Below are positions 29,596 through 40,200 of a DNA stretch of 64,000 nucleotides, piece by piece (position 1 is the first letter of the stretch; each line of letters begins with the position of its first letter). The notes under the pieces are model-generated. The model was not told the DNA's origin. It worked only from the letters and a program-made list of their open reading frames with translations, and ran no database searches. The stretch is from Bacteroidales bacterium UBA4772 (GTDB taxonomy: Bacteria > Bacteroidota > Bacteroidia > Bacteroidales > VadinHA17), in NCBI GenBank assembly GCA_002403305.1, contig DHHM01000016.1, positions 122,490 through 186,489 on the forward strand, read 5' to 3'. A program made the position numbers and the translations under genes.

Positions 29596-30504
29596 TCAAC
29601 CCCTTCCCTGCAGTAACAGTTCTCCTGCGCCGATCTTCTGGCTATCGAGATATAGCTCAACACTGTAGGTTCCCGGGATAAAATCGCCGGTGTTGTCCAG
29701 GAAGATGCACATCTCGATGTCACTGTTGGCATAATCCACGGCCCTGTTGGCAGAGAATATCAGCTGTTCGCCGTTAACCTCAAACAGGTTGTCAGGGGAG
29801 GTGGTGATCACAAGCTGATCAGGGCGGACGACCCTGAGATAGACTATTTTGTTGCCTGCTTCGGCGATCGGGTTCTCCCTGAGGGTGAAGCATACCCTCA
29901 CCTTATCAAGATTCCTGATCTGGTCAGTCTCCTTCCGTTTTTTGTTCAGAGCCATGGCAACTATGTCCTTGGCCTGTATCATGGCGGCCACGCTCACCTT
30001 GGAGGTAAGCTCCTCCCTTGTCTTTTCCAGTTCGACATTGCTCTCCTGTACCGCAGTCATCTGCTCCTTGATCTCCACATTTTCAGCGGTTAACATCTGA
30101 TTACGCGTATTGAGAGAGTCTATCTGTACTATATAGCTTTTCATGATATCACGCATGGTGCTGATCTCAGCCTTGTATTTTCTTATCAGCTGCGCATTGG
30201 AGGCGCTGACTTCAAGAAGCTTCTGGATCCTGTTGCGCTCACGCTGCAGCTCTGCATTGAGTGTGTCATTGCTTGTCTTGAGGGTATCATATCCGTACAT
30301 CATCATGCGGAGCTCATTGGCCAGAGAATCTTTCTCTTCTGTAAGCACCTGCTCCATCTCAACCATCTTGCTCTTCTGGTTGTAGTACAGAACTACCAGT
30401 GCAATCAAACCGAGTGTCAGGATTATCGTAGACACTATCATGACAACAGGAGCACCCTTTTTGTGCTCAATGTGTTCAGCCTGATATTTTTCGTGATTTT
30501 CCAT
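29596..30504 (-). CDS. Membrane-anchored coiled-coil protein, function unknown
   Basis: One N-terminal TM helix (VVMIVSTIILTLGLIALVVLYY), ~150 aa of coiled coil, and a ~130-aa beta-rich C-terminal domain. No recognisable catalytic motif. Confidence 0.6.
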   Translation of the reverse strand: MENHEKYQAEHIEHKKGAPVVMIVSTIILTLGLIALVVLYYNQKSKMVEMEQVLTEEKDSLANELRMMMYGYDTLKTSNDTLNAELQRERNRIQKLLEVSASNAQLIRKYKAEISTMRDIMKSYIVQIDSLNTRNQMLTAENVEIKEQMTAVQESNVELEKTREELTSKVSVAAMIQAKDIVAMALNKKRKETDQIRNLDKVRVCFTLRENPIAEAGNKIVYLRVVRPDQLVITTSPDNLFEVNGEQLIFSANRAVDYANSDIEMCIFLDNTGDFIPGTYSVELYLDSQKIGAGELLLQGRG

Positions 30505-30614
30505 ATGTTTATTATTTTATCCGGGGCAAAATTACTAATTATTACAGAACAATGCGTTTTTCTGCCGTTTGATTATCTTAGCCCGGCGTATTCTGGCTTA
30601 AACAACATGGCTTT

Positions 30615-32018
30615 ATGAGTGGATTTTACGGTTCTGTATCCGACAGGGACTGCGTTGATGATGTGTTTTACGGCACTGATTATCATTCACATCTGGGCAC
30701 CAAGCGTGCCGGGATGGTCTTTTATGACTCCGGGACAGGTTTCCGGAGGAGCATTCACAACCTGGAGAATGAGTATTTCCGTAACAAATTCGAGACAGAG
30801 CTCAAGGATTTCGGGGGAAACAGCGGAATGGGAGTGATCAGCGACACCGACCCTCAGCCTATACTGTTCAACTCACATCTCGGGCCGTTTGCCCTTGTCA
30901 CTGTATCCAGAATTGTGAATATCAGCGAGCTGGCTGATTATTTCCTGGCCAGGAAAAAGCATTTTACGGAAAACTTCATGGGCAATATCAACCCAACGGA
31001 GATGGTTGCAAATATCATCTGCGAAGGAGACTCTTTTGTTGAGGGTATCACCCAGGTGTTTGAAAAAATCAAAGGGTCGTGTTCTCTTCTGGTGCTTACT
31101 AAAGACGGTATCATTGCTGCTCGCGACAGGCTGGGCCGTACGCCGGTGGTAATCGGCAGGAAGGAGGGAGCCCTTGCCGTAGCCTCCGAGACATGCTCCT
31201 TTCCCAACACCGGGTTTGAGACCGAATATTTCCTCGGCCCGGGCGAGATAGTACATCTACGCTCCAACGGATTCACACGGCTGAAGGCACCGGGGAAAAA
31301 GATGCAGATATGTGCTTTCCTCTGGGTCTATTACGGATTTCCGACCTCCGAATATGAAGACAGAAATGTTGAGGAAGTGCGCTACCGATGTGGCGCTGCA
31401 CTGGCCAAACGTGATCCGGTGAAGGCTGATTTCGTCTGCGGAGTCCCCGACTCGGGAATAGGGCATGCACTGGGATATGTCAATGAGAAATCTGTGCCCT
31501 ACATGAGTTCCTTTTCAAAATACACTCCCACCTGGCCCAGGAGCTTCATGCCGCAGCGGCAGATACAACGCGACCTTGTGGCAAGAATGAAGCTGATACC
31601 CAACAAGAAGCTTACAAAAGACAAATCGATTGTTTTTCTTGACGACAGCATTGTCAGGGGAACGCAACTCAGGGACAACACCAAGGACCTGCGCGAAGCA
31701 GGCGCAGGCGCGCTCCACATGAGAATAGCCTGCCCGCCGCTGCTCTATCCCTGTCCCTTCCTCAACTTCTCACAGTCGCGCTCAACCCTTGAGCTGGCAG
31801 CCCGGAAGGCGATAGTCAAGCTGGAGGGCGAGGAGAGAAACATTGAAGAGTACCTTGACCCTGACTCTGAAAAATATGCACTGATGGTCAATGAGATAGC
31901 CTCCACGCTGGGCATGGATACCCTTATGTTCCAGCGCCTTGACGACCTGGTGAAAGCCATCGGACTGCCACGGGAGAAGCTCTGTACCCACTGCTGGGAC
32001 GGCAGCAGCAGCTTCTGA
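30615..32018 (+). CDS. Amidophosphoribosyltransferase-like protein (class II GATase fold plus PRTase) lacking the N-terminal Cys nucleophile
   Basis: PRPP-binding loop IVFLDDSIVRGTQ, GVPDSG, and a C-terminal CTHCWDG. The N-terminus MSGFYG aligns with the canonical MCG(I/V)xG but has Ser at position 2. Confidence 0.75.
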   Translation: MSGFYGSVSDRDCVDDVFYGTDYHSHLGTKRAGMVFYDSGTGFRRSIHNLENEYFRNKFETELKDFGGNSGMGVISDTDPQPILFNSHLGPFALVTVSRIVNISELADYFLARKKHFTENFMGNINPTEMVANIICEGDSFVEGITQVFEKIKGSCSLLVLTKDGIIAARDRLGRTPVVIGRKEGALAVASETCSFPNTGFETEYFLGPGEIVHLRSNGFTRLKAPGKKMQICAFLWVYYGFPTSEYEDRNVEEVRYRCGAALAKRDPVKADFVCGVPDSGIGHALGYVNEKSVPYMSSFSKYTPTWPRSFMPQRQIQRDLVARMKLIPNKKLTKDKSIVFLDDSIVRGTQLRDNTKDLREAGAGALHMRIACPPLLYPCPFLNFSQSRSTLELAARKAIVKLEGEERNIEEYLDPDSEKYALMVNEIASTLGMDTLMFQRLDDLVKAIGLPREKLCTHCWDGSSSF

Positions 32019-32279
32019 TTATGTTGAAAAGTATGGGGAGATGTTAATTAATTAACGTTCGTCTAAATAAATAATACTGTTTATCAGTTTATTTTTACGT
32101 TTAATCAAAACATTGAAACTCTTGCGGAAGGTTTCATGTTTAACTGGTCAAAGGGAAACAGAACATAATAGTTTTAGAAAAACTTCAATTATCGGATAAT
32201 AATATCCTTATATTTTCAGTTAAGTCATAGAAAATTAATCATAGCGAATAGTAATTATCAACCTTTAAAATTATCTCAG

Positions 32280-32783
32280 ATGAAAATGATTCTTTTGTTT
32301 TCAGTAATCATGATCGCGTTCACCGCAGGCAGCTTTGCACAGTCAAGTGATACAGAGCAGACGACAGCCACGGCTACCATTTTAGGTCCGCTTGCACTGA
32401 CCAAGGTTAGCGACATGGATTTTGGTACCATTGCCGTTACCGGTACCGCAGGAACTGTTGTGCTGGGCATCGATAACTCCAGGACAGCTGTTGGACCTGC
32501 ACTTGTTCCTCCTGCTGCCGGTGTTGCTGCATCATTTACCGTATCGGGAGAAGCCAGCCGGGCATACACCATTACCCTTCCTGCCAACGGTGACGTCACT
32601 CTTGTCAACGGGACGAATTCAATGGCGGCAAACGATTTTGTTCATAACGCTGGCGGTACTCCTGCATTGGACGGCACAGGTGCTGCTGCGTTTACCGTAG
32701 GAGCAACACTGTCAGTCGGCGCTGCCCAGGCAGCCGGAGTATATACGTCGGCAAACTTTCCCGTGACCATCAACTACAACTAG
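32280..32783 (+). CDS. Secreted DUF4402 / SCPU-like (archaic chaperone-usher pilin-like) subunit 1
   Basis: Signal peptide ending FAQ. 167 aa, Thr/Ala/Gly-rich. Has L.L....DMDFGTI near the N-terminus, SFTVSGE...YTITLP, FTVGATLSVGAAQAAGVYTS.F.VTINYN at the C-terminus, and no Cys. This layout matches what I recall for DUF4402. Confidence 0.65.
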   Translation: MKMILLFSVIMIAFTAGSFAQSSDTEQTTATATILGPLALTKVSDMDFGTIAVTGTAGTVVLGIDNSRTAVGPALVPPAAGVAASFTVSGEASRAYTITLPANGDVTLVNGTNSMAANDFVHNAGGTPALDGTGAAAFTVGATLSVGAAQAAGVYTSANFPVTINYN

Positions 32784-32812
32784 GAACTCCTTACTGCCCG
32801 AAACGGACATAG

Positions 32813-33346
32813 ATGAAAAGGCTCGGGATACGATCCATAAGCCTCATTACCTTATACCTGGTTTTTGCCTTTGCGGCGGAAGCCCAGCCGGCGGCTTCTT
32901 CCACTGTGACAGGGCATATAACTGCCGAGGTTATCTCCACGCTGACTGCCATAGAGACCACGCAGCTCAGTTTCGGCAGGTTTTCACCGGGGCCCCAGGG
33001 CGGTAAGTTAATTCTTACACCTGAAAGTTCCATTTCAGTTATGGGAAGCGTATGGCCCGGCAGCGGCACACACAGCGCTGCGAGCTTCTACGTCACCGGA
33101 GATCCGGGGGTGGCTTATACTGTAAGCCTGCCTTCGGATCCGGTTACCATAACTCACCTGGGATCGGCCAGAACCATGACGGTGGAAGAGTGGCGGTCGG
33201 TGCCGGAGGCAGAGCCGGGAGCCGGCGTGCTGGAAAACGGATCACAGGTGGTATATGTGGGGGCCACACTCAACGTGGGAACCCTGAATGATAATCCCGT
33301 AGGTGTCTATACGGGCACCTATAACATAACCTTCGAGTTCAACTGA
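32813..33346 (+). CDS. Secreted DUF4402 / SCPU-like subunit 2
   Basis: Paralogue of the previous gene: signal peptide ending AEAQ, QLSFGRF, SFYVTGDPGVAYTVSLP, VGATLNVGTLNDNPVGVYTGTYNITFEFN. Confidence 0.65.
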   Translation: MKRLGIRSISLITLYLVFAFAAEAQPAASSTVTGHITAEVISTLTAIETTQLSFGRFSPGPQGGKLILTPESSISVMGSVWPGSGTHSAASFYVTGDPGVAYTVSLPSDPVTITHLGSARTMTVEEWRSVPEAEPGAGVLENGSQVVYVGATLNVGTLNDNPVGVYTGTYNITFEFN

Positions 33347-33376
33347 CCGCGGAAAGAAATCTTAAATCCCGAAATA

Positions 33377-34222
33377 ATGACAAAGCTATCTATGCGGCTT
33401 TTTACGGCAGGCCTGATCCTACTTCAGGTCTTTTTTCCATTTATTGCAAGGGCACAGGGCGACCTTCTCGTCACCCCCAGACGGGTGGTTCTTGATGCCC
33501 GGCAGAGGTCGGTGGACCTGAGCCTGGCCAACATCGGAAATGACACGGCCACCTACAACATCTCGATCGTGCAGATCAGGATGACCGAAGAGGGTGCCTT
33601 TGAAACCATCACCGAACCTGATGCAGGACAGCAGTTTGCAAGTCCCTACCTGCGGTTCTTTCCCAGGTCAGTGACACTCAGCCCTGACGAAGTGCAGACA
33701 GTCAAGATCCAGATGGTACGGACCAGGGAGCTGCTGTCTGGTGAATACAGGTCGCATATCTATTTCAGGGCTGTGCCAAAGGAGAAGCCCCTCGGGGAAG
33801 AACCGCAGGTACAGCAGGATCCTTCAACCATCTCCATCAAGCTTGTCCCTGTCTTCGGGATAACCATCCCGGTCATAATAAGGGTGGGACAACCATCTGT
33901 AGATGTTTCTCTTACGGATCTCTCGCTGAACTTTGTCAATGACACTGTTCCCAGGTTTGGATTTAAATTCAACCGCGCAGGAGACTATTCTGTTTACGGT
34001 GATATCTCCGTTGACCATATATCACCCGGCGGCGTGACAACCCGTGTGGGCATTGCCAACGGTCTGGCGGTCTATACGCCCAACAGCGTCAGAAAATTTG
34101 AATTTAACCTTCAAAATGCTCCTGGCGTTGATTTCAGCACAGGCATACTGCGGGTTACCTTCTCTGCATCCTCCGATGTAAAACCTGAAAAATATGCTGA
34201 GGCAGAATTGAATTTGGACTGA
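33377..34222 (+). CDS. PapD-like two-domain periplasmic pilus chaperone
   Basis: Signal peptide ending ARAQ. LLVTPRRVVLD......V.L.L.N.G resembles the chaperone A1 strand with the anchoring Arg. FFPRSVTLSPDEVQTVKI and GEYRSHIYFRAVP resemble the F1/G1 strands. A second beta-sandwich follows. Located in a pilin-chaperone-usher context. Confidence 0.6.
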   Translation: MTKLSMRLFTAGLILLQVFFPFIARAQGDLLVTPRRVVLDARQRSVDLSLANIGNDTATYNISIVQIRMTEEGAFETITEPDAGQQFASPYLRFFPRSVTLSPDEVQTVKIQMVRTRELLSGEYRSHIYFRAVPKEKPLGEEPQVQQDPSTISIKLVPVFGITIPVIIRVGQPSVDVSLTDLSLNFVNDTVPRFGFKFNRAGDYSVYGDISVDHISPGGVTTRVGIANGLAVYTPNSVRKFEFNLQNAPGVDFSTGILRVTFSASSDVKPEKYAEAELNLD

Positions 34223-34275
34223 ATTTCAATAAGCGTTCTGTCTTTTAACATTCACTTTTTTGTTCTGAGAAAATA

Positions 34276-37200
34276 ATGAATAAACTATCGCCATGCAGTA
34301 AAGACTTATTAAGGACGTTGATTTTCAGCGCTGTACTTATCATCTTGTCGGGGCTGGACAACACAGCGTTGGGGCAGACAACATTAGCAACATGGAATTT
34401 CCCCAACAATCCGGATAATGCAATCTGCGATGGGGGGATTGCCGCAAATGCGGCAAAAACCATTTCTACAGTAGGGGGAACTTCTGCAATTGACTATTCC
34501 TACAGCGGGGCAAGCACAAACTGCGCATATGCTACATCATGGAATAGTGGCAGCGGATCAAAATACTGGTACATTAACATTGTTACCACGGGGTACTATA
34601 ATATAACCGTCTCATCTGCCCAGCGTGGACATGAACAGGGCTCAACAAGAGGCCCGAGAGATTTTAGACTTGAGTATAATGTTGGTGGAGGATGGGTTGC
34701 GGTATCCGGGGGCTCAATTACTGTCGCAGATAATTTCACAACAGGCCTATTAAATAATCTCGCCCTGCCTGCCGCATGTGACAATCAGGCTGCTCTTCAG
34801 CTTCGCTGGATAATGACCTCAAACACCTCAATAGACGGTCATACGGTAAGTGCTTCAGGTTATAACCAAATAGATAATATTGAAATAAACGGGAATCCTC
34901 CCGGCCTTTCTGTTACACCGACAAGTCTCGATTTTGGTTTTGTAGCCAGCGGTTCGACGTCATCCAACATGACCTATACACTTTCCGGTGCGGGGCTCTT
35001 CCCCTCCGCAGGCAATATTAACGTTGCGGCACCGTCCAACTTTGAGGTCTCATTAAGCTCAGGTTCCGGCTTTGCCTCATCAATTAATGTTCCTTTTACA
35101 TCGTCGACACTGGCTGCGACTACTATTTATGCCCGGTTTAGCCCGACAAATCCCGGTACAAATTATAGCGGCAATATTACAAACAGCGGGGGAGGTTCTG
35201 CCGTTAAAAATGTAGCAGTATCAGGCAATTCAATAGTTTCTTATTGTACTTCAAGCGGTAATACGACTTACCAGACAAGCATAACTTATGTAAATATCAA
35301 TACGATCAGCAACTCCAGCGCCAAACCTTCAGGATATAGTGATTACACATCGCTGGTTACCGATGTTATCAAGAGCAGCTCTTATAACCTGACCGTCAAC
35401 CTGAATACAGATGGCAACTATACCGTTTATGCAATGGCATGGATTGACTGGAACGGGAATGGAAGTTTTAATGATTCCGGAGAATCCTATAACCTTGGCA
35501 CTGCTGTCAACACAGCCAATGGTCCGACCAGCCTGAGCCCGCTAAGCATTACCGTTCCTGCCGGAGCCGTCACCGGCACCGTCAGGATGAGGGTTTCTGC
35601 CAGGTATGATGCATATCCTGCTTCCTGTGATACGGGGTTCGACGGCGAAGTTGAAGATTATACTCTGAATATTGCACCGCCCAGTTTAATTTATTATTCC
35701 CAAAATTCTGATCCGGCACTTCTTTCAAGCTGGAATACAAACAGAGCCGGAGGGGGTAGCAGTCCGGCAAGTTTTACGGCCAACAACCAGACATTTGTCA
35801 TTCAGGCTTCTAATTCCATGACAGCCGGCTCAGCCTGGAGCGTTTCGGGCAGCAACACAAAAGTAGAGATGGAAGGTGGAGCATCTCTTACCGCTAATTC
35901 AGCAATATCTCTTTCTGCAGCCACAACTTTTCAACTCGATAATGGGGCAACATACAATCATAATGTATCATCAAATACAGTGTGGTCTGGTATTGAAATT
36001 ATTGACCCGGGCTCAACGGTTGTATATGGCTTTGCCGGAGCACAGGATATATCAGCTCAGTCTTACGGAAATATCACTGTCAGTGGCGGGGGTACCAAAA
36101 CGATGCAGGGCAATATATCTGTTGCCGGAACCCTGAGCCTCAGCAATGGAAACCTCAGTCTCGGATCCGGGGCCTATGATCTTACAATTGGGACAGGGGC
36201 AACAATTACAACTTCCGGATCATTCAACAATACCCATATGATTGTGTGCGACGGAAGTGGAAGCCTTATTAAACTGGGAACCACTGCCTCTGCCTTTTCC
36301 GTTGTTTACCCGGTAGGAACCGGCACTTATTACACTCCTTTTGAAATTGCGGCTCTTACAGCTACCGTTACCGGAACAGGAAGCATCAGTGTCAGGACTG
36401 TTGCGGGTACGGCTCCGGGGCCTCCGGCCGCTGCCAGTACTGATCTGATGAAATACTGGAACATATCAACCACGGGTATAAGCGGGATATCCGCAAATAT
36501 AAGGCTGACATATATCAACCCCGGAGAAGTGGGATCCGGTGGTGATCAGACTAAGTACGTTCCTTATCTTTATTCCGGAGGCGTCTGGGCTCAACCGAGT
36601 TTTTACAGTGCAGCAGGAACAAATCCGATGACCGTATCGGGAACCTCAACTCTCAGCGGCCAGTGGACCGCACGGGAGGAGCCGGTCTATGGAACATACT
36701 ACTCTTACCAGTCGGGACCCTGGAACTCAGCAGGCACATGGACCAAGGATCCGTCAGGAACACTGTCTGTTAGCCCGGGAGTACCATCGGCAACAGACAG
36801 GGCCGTAATTCTTAATGGCCGTACGGTATCCACAACTGCAAATGGCGAAAACGTACTTTCTGTTCAGATCAATGATGGTGGAATTCTTGACCTTGGGACC
36901 TACACAACGCAAAACTTCACTGTTATACGTGGAGAAGGACTTGTACGATTGCAGACAAGCATCTTTCCTTCCGGCGACTGGAGCAATTTTGTAGCTGAAG
37001 GAGGGGGTACGGTGGAGTATTACAACACTTCAAATTTTACAGTTTCTCAGCTGTCATATAATAACCTGATAATAAATCTTTCATCCTCGGCCATAGTAGC
37101 AACGCTGACAGGTAATATGACCCTTAACGGGAACCTGACCATTACCAGCGGGAAGCTTCAGATTAATGACGGCTCCTCAACAGGACGGAATGTGACGGTG

Positions 37201-40200
37201 GCAGGTAATGTTGATGTCAGTACCAGCGGAAGCATAGGCATTGGAACGGGAAATGCCAATCACAGGTTTACAGTCAACGGAGATTTTACAAACGAAGGGG
37301 TGGTGAGGATGACCAATCAGGATGCCCCCAGTTACACAACAACGCCCTCCAACGGCAGATCTGACCTGGTCTTCAATAATCCCAATGCAAACCAGAACCT
37401 CATTTGCAACGGACAGAGTGATTTTTACAGGATAGAAATTGACAAGGGCATTGACAAGACCTATATTCTTAATATAGATGCCAGTAATAATACCAATTTC
37501 AAGTTGTTCGGAAGGTCCAATCTGCAGTCAAGCCCGCCATCAAATGATCCTCCGGCCATTGAAAATCCAAATGCCCTGGGTCTTCTTGCCGGAACCGTTC
37601 GTCTCGGACCTAATATTGTGTTACCCAGTCTTTCAGGCGATGCCGTTTACAACATAGACCTTGATGCACAGCTATGGCTTGACGGGGCAGATGTTACATT
37701 TTCTGCAGCGGCATCGAACTCTTCCATAGTTGTATATGGCAACCTCCGGGTATCAAACCAGGCAACGCTTAACGCCAATGGTAACCAGGGGATAGTAATG
37801 CGTGATCAGAGCGCATTAATAATTGAGTCTGGTGTTGTTACCACTGACTGCATTCGTACCTCATATATCTCGGGCGCACACAGGGGTGCCTTCATCATGT
37901 CAGGAGGCATCCTCAATATCGAAGGAAACACCTATAACATTAGCGGGTTGAACATCTATGCATCGTTCACACTTCCATATCCGGATAATGTTTTCAAAAT
38001 GACCGGAGGAACGATCAACATTCTTTCCCCGACAACAATAACAGGTGGCTCCGGATCAAACTTCAGCCTTATTCTTGGCTCTGGTTCCAACAATTTTTAT
38101 GTCACCGGCGGCACAATAAATATAACCGTGCCAACAGGCAGAAACGCGTATATAAACACTACATCTCCACTCTGGAACCTGAGTTTTATAAGCACTTCCG
38201 CAACCTACAGGGGACAAATACAGGCTTATGCGGGTAATTCCAGCCCTGCTATTCCTGCCATATCTGCCCGGCCTCTTATCATTTACAATGATCTGAACGT
38301 TTTGGACAATGCAGTCTTTAATGCCAACGGCAGTAATGTTACTATCGGGCATAGCTTTGTCATAGATCCCGGTGCCGGATATGAGTGCGGAGATAATACA
38401 ACAACCTTTAATGGCCTGGCAGGTCAACGGTTCACCAATTCAGGAACAGTAAATAACGGGACGGGGCTTTACAATCTTACAATTGCAGACAGCTCAAACA
38501 CAGACATCTTCTCTGACAATCTGATAATAAGAAAGGACCTGATAATCAGTAACGGTAGTATCCTCAATGATGTGGGTCATTCAATCAGTGTGGCAGGGAA
38601 CATTACCAATTCAGGGAGTCACACCAGCCAGGCCAGTGGTGCCATTATCCTTAACGGAACAGTTGCACAGACATTAGGAGGGTCGGGCAGTGGAGTCTTT
38701 GGCAACCTGACAATCAACAAAACTGCAGGGACAACCATTTTCACGGCAAATCAGTCGGTCATTGGTAACCTCCGGCTGGCGAATGGCTTAATTGATGCAG
38801 GTACCCTTAACATATCCCTGGGTTCTTCAAGCAACATATATGATGCCATTACCGGGACAACTGCAAATTTTTCTGCCACAAAAATGATTCGTCTTGCCGG
38901 TAACAGCAGTGACGGCGGGGTTACCAAAACATACGGCAGCATTGGAGCCTTTCTGTTTCCGGTAGGAACAGCCAGCGACTACACTCCGGCAACAATACAG
39001 TTTACTGCCGCCCCCACAGAGTGGGGTTCGGTAACAGTCAGGCCGGTGGCACAGGCACACCCCCTTTTAACGTCCGCCCTGGCTCTGACCTATTACTGGT
39101 CGGTTACCTCCTCAGGATTCTCCGGCGTGTCCGCTGGTTCCGTATCGCATACTTATCAATATGTAACATCCGATATCACCGGAACGGAAAGCAATTATAT
39201 TCCGGGGTCATATCGTCCTTATGCCTGGACCCCTGTAATTGACAATTCAAAAGTTGTTGATGCAACAAATACAATACTCTTCGGACCGGTAGATTATATT
39301 GATGGTGATTATACTGCCGGTGAGACTGCGGCATTCATGAGTATTAAAGTTTTCTACAGCAGGCAAACAGGCGACTGGAACGATCCGGCCACCTGGAGCT
39401 CCACCGGGGTAGGAGGAGCGACTGATGGTGACATCCCGGGTGCCGGAAACCCTGTCGTTATAGGAGACAATACAAATAACCACACAGTTACGGTACCTGT
39501 TGGTTATAATAATATTACTGTTGGAGGGTTAGAGATAAGTCAGGGATCCACCCTGGACCTGCAGACCACCACGGGCCATAATTTTGGTGCCATACCTGAT
39601 ACCCGGGTAACCGGAACAGGCCGGCTGCGCATCTCATCTTCCGGTGCAACAGCAACATTCCCCGGAGGCGACTTTGGTAATTTTCTTTCCGGCGGCGGCG
39701 GCATCGTTGAATATTACAGTACGGCAACAATGGGAGCGACTACCTTTACGCTTCCTGCCACATATTTGTCAGGAGCCGCAACCATTAATCTGACAGCATA
39801 TAACAATCTTGTTACTGCTCCTGCTGCCGGCAAAAATATTGTTCTGCCAAATATAAATCTGGCCGTTCATGATGATTTCACCCTTTCTGGCAGCGGTATC
39901 TCTCAATTAAATGTACTTGCATCCACAAGGGTTGTAACCATTGATTCAAACCTTGTAATAGGAAGTGGTACGCTCCGTTACATGAACGGCAACAATACCG
40001 CCCAAAGCCTGATAGTATCAGGAAATGTTGTTATAAACGATGGTGCAGTCTTTGACGTAAACACCAGCGGTTCGGCCACGAACCTCCTGACAATATATGG
40101 CGATCTGACAAATAACGGCACTTTTGATATGTATAAAGCGGCGACCCAGGTTTGCAATGTGACTTTTGCCGGTAATATCAACAAGGAAATTAACGGTGCA

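Noticed and set aside
32019-32279. Invertible-promoter / phase-variation switch or mobile-element boundary upstream of the accessory locus
   Set aside because: I found no flanking inverted repeats, no recombinase or integrase gene, and no direct repeats matching the 50.6-kb end. Only an AT-rich spacer with a TTAATTAATTAA palindrome is present, so a switch is not supported from sequence alone.
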